Shown here: positions 58,071 to 64,000 of the stretch, one piece after another
How the letters are laid out: every line of letters begins with the position of its first letter
Numbering within the stretch: position 1 is the first letter of the stretch
Translations under genes and position numbers: made by a program
Notes under the pieces: generated by a model
The model's input: the letters and a program-made list of their open reading frames with translations, nothing else
Database searches by the model: none
Told to the model about the DNA's origin: nothing
Origin: Candidatus Omnitrophota bacterium
Lineage (GTDB): Bacteria; Omnitrophota; Gorgyraeia; Gygaellales; Profunditerraquicolaceae
NCBI GenBank assembly: GCA_035402765.1
Contig: DAONDX010000007.1
Span: 14,281-78,280 of the forward strand
Length of the DNA: 64,000 nt
Reading direction: 5' to 3'

Positions 58071-59156
58071 ATGTATAAAGAAAAAGTTAATCTAGGAAAA
58101 CGTTCTTACCAAATTGTAATCGGCTCCGGCATATTTTATCAGTTAGGCGCCTATCTAAAAAATTTGGATATCGGCACAGACGCTTTTATAATTACTAACG
58201 CATTTTTAAAAAATAAGTACGGCGCCCAATTGTCGCAAGTTCTATCCGCCGGAGGATTTAACTGCTATTTTAAATTAGTTGCCGATAGTGAAAAGAGCAA
58301 ATCGATCCAGACAGCCGGATGCGTGATTAAAGAATTAGCTAAATTCGACCGGAAGAGAAAAGTTTTTATTGTTGCTTTTGGCGGAGGGGTGATCGGAGAC
58401 CTGGCCGGATTTGTGGCTTCTGTTTATAAGCGCGGTATCAGCTATGTGCAAATCCCGACAACCTTGTTGGCCCAAGTGGATTCGGCGATCGGCGGTAAGA
58501 CGGCTGTTGATCTGGATTTGGGCAAGAATTTAGTGGGGGCATTTTATCAACCCCGTTTAGTATTCAGCGAAATAAATTTTCTAAAAAGTTTGGATCTTAC
58601 GCAGCTGCGCTGCGGGATGGCGGAGGTGATTAAATACGCTGTAATCAGAGATCCCAAGCTATTCAAGTTTCTGGAAAATAAATATAAAAAAGTCATGCAG
58701 CATGATCCGGTTGTTTTGGGGGTCATTGTTCATCTCTGTAGCCGGATTAAAGCCGGGATAGTAGGTTTGGATGAAAAAGAAACCCGCGGATTAAGGAGCA
58801 TCCTTAATTTCGGGCATACCATCGGCCATGCCATCGAGGCTGCCGGCGGATACAAAGGTTATAGCCACGGTCAGGCGGTCGGCTTAGGAATGGTTGCGGC
58901 GGTTGATCTAAGCAATATTTTGGGATTGATCGATGCCGGATCAGCCGGGCGAATGAAGCAGTTGATCAAGCTTTATGGTTTACCCGTCAAGGTAAAAGGC
59001 GTTTCGAAAGCCAAGATCATCCAGGCGCATTATCACGATAAAAAATTCTCAGGTAAGGAAAATAAATTTGTGTTGATCAGCGCTATCGGTAAACCCAGGA
59101 TCGTGCGCAATATTAAACTGGAATTAATTAAAGAAGCGATTGAAGGTATTTTTTAG
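58071..59156 (+). CDS. aroB: 3-dehydroquinate synthase
   Basis: 361 aa; GGGVIGDLAGFVA, NFGHTIGHAIE. Confidence 0.9.
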   Translation: MYKEKVNLGKRSYQIVIGSGIFYQLGAYLKNLDIGTDAFIITNAFLKNKYGAQLSQVLSAGGFNCYFKLVADSEKSKSIQTAGCVIKELAKFDRKRKVFIVAFGGGVIGDLAGFVASVYKRGISYVQIPTTLLAQVDSAIGGKTAVDLDLGKNLVGAFYQPRLVFSEINFLKSLDLTQLRCGMAEVIKYAVIRDPKLFKFLENKYKKVMQHDPVVLGVIVHLCSRIKAGIVGLDEKETRGLRSILNFGHTIGHAIEAAGGYKGYSHGQAVGLGMVAAVDLSNILGLIDAGSAGRMKQLIKLYGLPVKVKGVSKAKIIQAHYHDKKFSGKENKFVLISAIGKPRIVRNIKLELIKEAIEGIF

Positions 59157-59158
59157 CG

Positions 59159-59671
59159 TTATTGATTAGTGGATAGAGTAACTATTTTTCCTGCGCAGTC
59201 AAGTTCTACGGTATTAGCAGTAATTAAACCTACCTTAGCGTTTTCAATATAGTCATCTTTTTTTACGATTTTGTTATTGATCAATGCGTAATTTCCGTCA
59301 TCCGAGAGGAATATCCCGTTTAAAACAAAATTAACCTCCCGGCCTTGATTATCTTGCGGCAGCGGATTAGCTGCTACGGCCGGCAAAATCGGCTGGGTCA
59401 CGGCGCCAGGCGGTAATAAAATTTCTTTAGTTTCCGCCTCAGTTTGGGATTTAGAGGTCTGGTTTAAGGAGGTTAAGCTATCGGTTTGTGTTTTATTGCT
59501 TAATAAGCTAAAAATAAATTTACCGATGAGAAGCCCGGCCGCTAAGATTAAGATATAGAGCAGTAATACCGCGGGGTTGATCCGTTTCGGCGATATGCTA
59601 CCGGTATCTTGGTTTGAATTTTTTTGAAGGTTATCTTCGGTTTTTTTTAATGCTTCATTAATAATACTCAT
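59159..59671 (-). CDS. GspB-like type II secretion accessory protein
   Basis: 170 aa minus-strand; TM anchor and a C-terminal GspB-like region. Directly downstream of, and overlapping, the GspA/ExeA-like gene. Confidence 0.55.
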   Translation of the reverse strand: MSIINEALKKTEDNLQKNSNQDTGSISPKRINPAVLLLYILILAAGLLIGKFIFSLLSNKTQTDSLTSLNQTSKSQTEAETKEILLPPGAVTQPILPAVAANPLPQDNQGREVNFVLNGIFLSDDGNYALINNKIVKKDDYIENAKVGLITANTVELDCAGKIVTLSTNQ

Positions 59672-60561
59672 GCGTTTTTACACTCCGCGTAATTATCCAG
59701 CTCTTCCAGGCATTTTTTAATAATCGTTGCGTCGATGTGATTGGTTTCGCTGACAAACCCGGCTAAAAGCGCCCGGTCACAGACCATATTGATTAACCTG
59801 GGAGTACCCATGGAAAAGCGGCTGATTAAATCAATAGCTTCATCGCTAAATTCGATCGGCTCAGCCGGTCGAATATGTTTTTGGCCGGGGTTTTGTTTAA
59901 ATAAATGCAGGCTGGTGTTTTCCGGCCTATTTTCGGCTTTAGCAATTTTTAAGCGGTAGTTGATATAATCTTTGATCTGGTCATTATCCAGCGGGGTGAT
60001 GTGATACCTGACCATAATTCTTTGCCGCAGCTGCCTTAGGTCGTACAGATTAAGCCGGGTATTTAATTCCGGCTGGCCGACTAAAATTACCTGTAAAAGC
60101 TTATCTTTCTCCGTTTCTAAATTGGAAAGCAGCCGGATCTGCTCCAGCAGCTCAGGGCTTAAATTCTGCGCTTCATCAATGATCAATACCAGGTTATTGC
60201 CGGCCGTGGATTCACGCAGGAGAAATTTATTCAATTCTAAAACCATCCCTAATTTTGTTTTGTTGCCGGGATTGATCCCGAAATCTTTAAGAATTGATTC
60301 AAACAGCTGGATTTCAGAAAAGGCGGGATTTAAAATAAAAGCGGTTTTTACATTTTTACCGGCTTGATTCAGGAAGCAGCGGCAAATTGTGGTCTTGCCG
60401 GTGCCGATTTCTCCGGTTAAAACAATGATTCCTTTTCTCTGAGAGACTCCGTAAAGTAGATGGGCGAGGGCTTCCTTGTGTTTTTTACTGGAAAAAAAGA
60501 AGGCCGGGTCACTGGTAACATTAAAAGGCTGTTCTTTTAACCCGTAGTATCTGCAGTACAA
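59668..60561 (-). CDS. GspA/ExeA-like AAA ATPase (general secretion pathway protein A family)
   Basis: MYCRYYGLKEQPFNVTSDPAFFF is the ExeA-type N-terminus; Walker A GEIGTGKTT, Walker B LIIDEAQNL. Confidence 0.75.
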   Translation of the reverse strand: MYCRYYGLKEQPFNVTSDPAFFFSSKKHKEALAHLLYGVSQRKGIIVLTGEIGTGKTTICRCFLNQAGKNVKTAFILNPAFSEIQLFESILKDFGINPGNKTKLGMVLELNKFLLRESTAGNNLVLIIDEAQNLSPELLEQIRLLSNLETEKDKLLQVILVGQPELNTRLNLYDLRQLRQRIMVRYHITPLDNDQIKDYINYRLKIAKAENRPENTSLHLFKQNPGQKHIRPAEPIEFSDEAIDLISRFSMGTPRLINMVCDRALLAGFVSETNHIDATIIKKCLEELDNYAECKNA

Positions 60562-60664
60562 CTTGTTTACCTCCTGGAAGTAACTAAAGCTGACTTTTTC
60601 TTAAGGGGAGCTGATTACCCCGGGGATAGGTAATTATATCAAAATCGCCGGTTTTGTAAAGTAT

Positions 60665-60692
60665 TGACATATTTAAAAATGTGTGTTATATT
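60665..60692 (+). promoter_or_regulatory. sigma70-like promoter in the divergent gspA/PilZ intergenic region
   Basis: TTGACA-16/17 nt-TATATT. The -10 ends ~7 nt before the PilZ ATG at 60699, so the transcript may be leaderless. Confidence 0.45.
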
Positions 60693-60698
60693 TTTGCA

Positions 60699-61040
60699 AT
60701 GGTGCCTTTGGAAAAACAAAAAGAAAATCGTTGTTTTCCCCGACTTTCATTTCATTCCAAAGTTCGTTATCAATTTAGAGGCAAGCCAAATTTTGACAGC
60801 GGTATCAGCAGAGATATAAGTTGCGGGGGTTTGAGGCTTACCAATGAGCAGTTCATTCCGACCTCAACGTTGGTGATGCTTGAAATAAATGTCCTCAACC
60901 GGATACTCAGGCCGGTAGGCAGGGTGGCCTGGTCAATGCCGGTAGCGCATTCTAACCGCAATCAGACCGGGATTGAGTTTGTGGAATTTAACAATACGGA
61001 AAAGAATTACCTCAAAGATTTTATAGCTATGCAAGCGTAG
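60699..61040 (+). CDS. PilZ-domain protein (c-di-GMP receptor-like)
   Basis: RCFPR (RxxxR) and DISCGG (DxSxxG) motifs, ~113 aa. Confidence 0.7.
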   Translation: MVPLEKQKENRCFPRLSFHSKVRYQFRGKPNFDSGISRDISCGGLRLTNEQFIPTSTLVMLEINVLNRILRPVGRVAWSMPVAHSNRNQTGIEFVEFNNTEKNYLKDFIAMQA

Positions 61041-61065
61041 TTTTAACCTAAGAAAGGAAAATATC

Positions 61066-61254
61066 ATGGCAGCAGAAGCGGTAAAAGAAGCCCAAGCAGA
61101 AGCTAAACCTAAAGTCGAAAAACAGACCAATTGCCTGGCTTGTAATAAATTGATCAAGAAGCTGAAACGCTACTATCGCGACGGAAAATTTTATTGCAGC
61201 AAAAAGTGCTGGCGAGCGTTTATCGATAAATCCAAGGCTGAAGAGAAGAAATGA
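61066..61254 (+). CDS. small TRASH/MYM-like zinc-finger protein
   Basis: 62 aa; CLAC-x17-CSKKC. Sandwiched between two PilZ genes, overlapping the next. Confidence 0.5.
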   Translation: MAAEAVKEAQAEAKPKVEKQTNCLACNKLIKKLKRYYRDGKFYCSKKCWRAFIDKSKAEEKK

Positions 61255-61601
61255 TGAAAAATATTAAAGAGCGCAGAGTACATCCGCGCCTGGCGCATAA
61301 GCTGCCGCTTAATCTGGCGGTTAACGGTTATGATTTTTCTACCGTGTCGCATAATATCAGCAGCGTGGGAGCTTATTGCCATTTAGATAAATATATGCCG
61401 CCTTTTACCAAGATTTCCGTGAAATTAAGCCTGCCGAATAAAGGCCAGGTAGGTAAAAGCACGATCGTTGAATGTAAAGGAGTAGTCGTAAGAACTGAGG
61501 ACGAAGCCAGCGGAGGGTTTAACCTGGCCATATTTTTTAATGAAATGCGTGAAGACCAACGTAAGAAGATTGCTCAGTATATCAGTCAGTTCTTGCCTTA
61601 A
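61251..61601 (+). CDS. PilZ-domain protein
   Basis: ERRVHPRL (RxxxR) and NISSVG (D/NxSxxG), 116 aa. Confidence 0.7.
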   Translation: MMKNIKERRVHPRLAHKLPLNLAVNGYDFSTVSHNISSVGAYCHLDKYMPPFTKISVKLSLPNKGQVGKSTIVECKGVVVRTEDEASGGFNLAIFFNEMREDQRKKIAQYISQFLP

Positions 61602-61611
61602 AATCCCCAAA

Positions 61612-62127
61612 TTGAAGAAAATTTTAAAAACTAAATATAGGGCTAAATTGATTATCGGCTTTATCTATCAAGATGAAGCCGTTTTCTTTAAAGCCAAAGA
61701 AAAATTAAGCAGAAAATTCGGCAGGATCGATTTTGAATCAGCCGCCATGGATTTTAATTACACCGATTACTACGAACCGGAAATGGGCAAGGGTTTAAAA
61801 AGAAGATTCATTAGTTTCGCCAAACTTGTTCCAACCCAGGATCTATACCGGATCAAGCTTTATACTAACCGCCTGGAAAAAAGATTTTTAAAGGTAAAGA
61901 GCCGTCAGGTAAATATCGATCCGGGCTATGTCGACCTGGCTAAATTGGTGCTGGCGACAACCAAAGATTACGCGCACCGGATATTTTTGCGTAAAGGTAT
62001 TTTCGCGGAGATCACCCTTACTTTTAGAGGCAATTCATTCTCGCCTAATGAGTGGACCTATCCGGATTACCGTACCCAAGACTACCTCGATATTTTTAAC
62101 CAAATCAGAAAACTCTATACGCCCTAA
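61612..62127 (+). CDS. DUF4416-like conserved hypothetical protein
   Basis: The ORF is open from 61540. A TTG at 61612 just after the PilZ stop is the likely start. The start and family assignment are uncertain. Confidence 0.45.
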   Translation: MKKILKTKYRAKLIIGFIYQDEAVFFKAKEKLSRKFGRIDFESAAMDFNYTDYYEPEMGKGLKRRFISFAKLVPTQDLYRIKLYTNRLEKRFLKVKSRQVNIDPGYVDLAKLVLATTKDYAHRIFLRKGIFAEITLTFRGNSFSPNEWTYPDYRTQDYLDIFNQIRKLYTP

Positions 62128-63086
62128 TGTCTGACTATCCGGGGTATCTTGATGCTTATCAGAGTGGAAAGCTGAAAAAAATAGCCGATGAGCTTTTTTT
62201 GTCACTTAAATCCTGCCAGATCTGCCCGCGGCGCTGCCGGGTAAACCGTCTTGAGGAAAAGCTGGGTTTTTGTAAAACCGGTTCACTGCCTAAAATTTTT
62301 AGTTTTATGGATCATCATGGCGAAGAACCGCCTATTTCAGGCAGCCGCGGCAGCGGGACGATATTCTTCAGCCATTGTAATATGGGTTGTGTTTATTGCC
62401 AAAACTATGAGTTTAGCCAACTAGGAAAAGGCAGGATTTATACCCTGGAAGAGCTGGCGCAAATTATGTTAAAATTACAAAATCAGGGCTGTCATAATAT
62501 CAATCTGGTTACCCCTACGCATGTTTTACCCCAAATACTTAAAAGTTTAGAGTTGGCGATTGCCGGGGGCTTAAAAATACCGCTGGTTTATAACACCAGC
62601 GGTTATGAGCTGGCCGGGGTGATTAAGTCTTTAGAGGGGATTGTCGACATATATCTGGCGGACAGCCGTTACGCGGATAAATCAAATTCTGAAAGATTAT
62701 CCAAAGCCAAAGATTACGTTAAAAATAACCGGGAAGCGCTCAAGGAGATGCACCGGCAGGTGGGGGTAGCGGAATTCAGCGCTGACGGATTGATCAGGCG
62801 GGGTTTAATTATCAGGCATTTGGTACTGCCTAACCAGTCCTCTCAAACAGAAAAAGTTATGCAATTTATCGCTAAGGAGCTATCCGAAGATGTCTATATC
62901 AGCCTGATGAGCCAGTATCTGCCATATTATTTAGCCTCCGGATACCCGGAAATTAACCGCCGCCTAAAGAAAGAAGAATATCAGCAAGCCGAAGAAATTT
63001 TAGAGCGCTTCCATTTGCTCAATGGCTGGATCCAGGAGTCGTATGGGGCTGAAAGATTTGCCGGAGTTAATATTAAACCTAAATAA
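62127..63086 (+). CDS. AmmeMemoRadiSam system radical SAM enzyme
   Basis: N-terminal CQICPRRC cluster, radical SAM CNMGCVYCQN (Cx3Cx2C), 319 aa. Confidence 0.8.
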   Translation: MSDYPGYLDAYQSGKLKKIADELFLSLKSCQICPRRCRVNRLEEKLGFCKTGSLPKIFSFMDHHGEEPPISGSRGSGTIFFSHCNMGCVYCQNYEFSQLGKGRIYTLEELAQIMLKLQNQGCHNINLVTPTHVLPQILKSLELAIAGGLKIPLVYNTSGYELAGVIKSLEGIVDIYLADSRYADKSNSERLSKAKDYVKNNREALKEMHRQVGVAEFSADGLIRRGLIIRHLVLPNQSSQTEKVMQFIAKELSEDVYISLMSQYLPYYLASGYPEINRRLKKEEYQQAEEILERFHLLNGWIQESYGAERFAGVNIKPK

Positions 63087-63088
63087 AT

Positions 63089-63571
63089 ATGTCTAAAGAA
63101 TCGGTCCTGGCCAAGATCATTCATTTTCTATTTTCTAAGCTTTTTAAAATCAACGATTCCCCCGAAAAAATCGCTTTAGGCGTAGGGCTGGGGGTGTTTG
63201 CCGGGTTGATACCCGGAACAGGCCCGGCGGCAGCGTTGTTTTTGGCTTTTATTTTCCGGGCTAACCGCGCGGCGGCTTTATTCGGCGGGCTGCTTACGAA
63301 TACCTGGCTATCGATAGTAACTTTTATCTTGGCAATAAAAGTGGGTTCTGTTATACTCAAGATGAATTGGAAAATAGTGCAGGAGCAGGCGCAAGAGCTT
63401 TTGAGAAATTTCGGCTGGGCGGCTTTATTTAAGCTTTCATTCCTCCAGGTGCTTTTGCCGGTAATCTTAGGTTATCTGATTATCGGTTTAATTTTGGGGG
63501 CGTTTAGTTATTCCTTAACTTGGTTAATTATCAGGAGGAATTTTTATGGAAATAAAACAACTCACTTATGA
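63089..63571 (+). CDS. DUF2062-family membrane protein
   Basis: IALGVGLGVFAGLIPGTGPAAALFLAFIFRANRAAALFGG is the DUF2062-like signature; 4 TM. Confidence 0.6.
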   Translation: MSKESVLAKIIHFLFSKLFKINDSPEKIALGVGLGVFAGLIPGTGPAAALFLAFIFRANRAAALFGGLLTNTWLSIVTFILAIKVGSVILKMNWKIVQEQAQELLRNFGWAALFKLSFLQVLLPVILGYLIIGLILGAFSYSLTWLIIRRNFYGNKTTHL

Positions 63572-64000
63572 TGTCAGAAAAGATTTTAACCGGCTGATAA
63601 GTTTAGTTGGGATTATTCCTCTGTTGGTTTTTATCTATTTATTGGTCGTTAAAATTGCCAATATTAAAATTTTAGCCGGCCAGGTAGGTTATATTGTGCT
63701 GGCTACGATCGCAGTTTTTGCCATGGGGATCATCGTCGGCAAAAAAATGCTGATGTCGGTAACTTTTAAGCTGATTGACGATAATCAGAAAATTCTAAGC
63801 ATGCAGCAGGAATTAATCGAAAAAAACCGCCTGGCCGCGATCACGGAGACGGTTTTGACTTTAGGTGATCAGATCAATAACCCGCTTTTGGTAATCAGCG
63901 GGAATCTTGAGTTGTTGGATACAGAAATCAAGCATTTGAATGTCGGGCAGAAAGTCCGTGACCGGATTGCGACTATGCGCGATAATTTTCAAAAGATCCG
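63546..64000 (+). CDS. membrane sensor kinase-like protein (HisKA-like; 3'-truncated by window)
   Basis: Two TM helices, then a dimerisation box LGDQINNPL (compare AHEINNPL) with Asp at the phospho-His position. Continues past the window end. Confidence 0.5.
   Translation, partial: MEIKQLTYDVRKDFNRLISLVGIIPLLVFIYLLVVKIANIKILAGQVGYIVLATIAVFAMGIIVGKKMLMSVTFKLIDDNQKILSMQQELIEKNRLAAITETVLTLGDQINNPLLVISGNLELLDTEIKHLNVGQKVRDRIATMRDNFQKI

Noticed and set aside
1-64000. CRISPR arrays or cas genes
   Set aside because: No regularly spaced direct repeats were found. The only recurring elements are the two-copy leader repeats (families A/B), which are unique-spacer-free and gene-proximal.

Overview
This window is almost entirely plus-strand bacterial chromosome. 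The organism is low-GC (about 42% by eye) and Gram-negative-like, since TonB/TonB-dependent receptor, GspA/GspB and PilT genes are present. The first ~21.5 kb is the conserved ribosomal-protein supercluster: the rpoC 3' end, the str operon (rpsL-rpsG-fusA-tuf), and the S10-spc-alpha operons with secY, adk, map, infA, rpmJ, rpsM, rpsK, rpsD, rpoA and rplQ. L30 is absent, S14 is the Zn type, and L24 carries an unusual Cys4 motif. Downstream are: a metabolic block (class I aminotransferase, LeuC-like, pilT inserted between leuC and leuD, IDH-like, MDH, an orphan Lpd plus a free lipoyl-domain protein); two HD-GYP genes; a glycolipid/acyltransferase/GT2 trio; a cobalamin cluster (cobO, a small membrane protein, a cobalamin riboswitch with terminator, a BtuB-like receptor, a Zn-ribbon protein and a TonB-like protein); and a long housekeeping run (rpsU, Memo-like AmmeMemoRadiSam protein B, trm112, aroQ, pepP, efp, accBC, asp23/amaP, pfk, gmhA, rfaE-II, thiE, thiC, tRNA-Gly). 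This is followed by an M23/LysM-ATPase-phosphoesterase operon, HIT-dGTPase-GAF/HD-GYP, a small basic protein, aroB, minus-strand gspA/gspB, a PilZ-ZnF-PilZ module, a DUF4416-like gene, the AmmeMemoRadiSam radical SAM gene, a DUF2062-like gene and a partial histidine kinase. The most unexplained signals are two families of repeated, structured 5' leader elements, each present twice with covarying stems: family A before rplP and rpsM, family B before infA and accB. The ORF track misses rpmJ, rpsU, trm112, the tRNA and the riboswitch.
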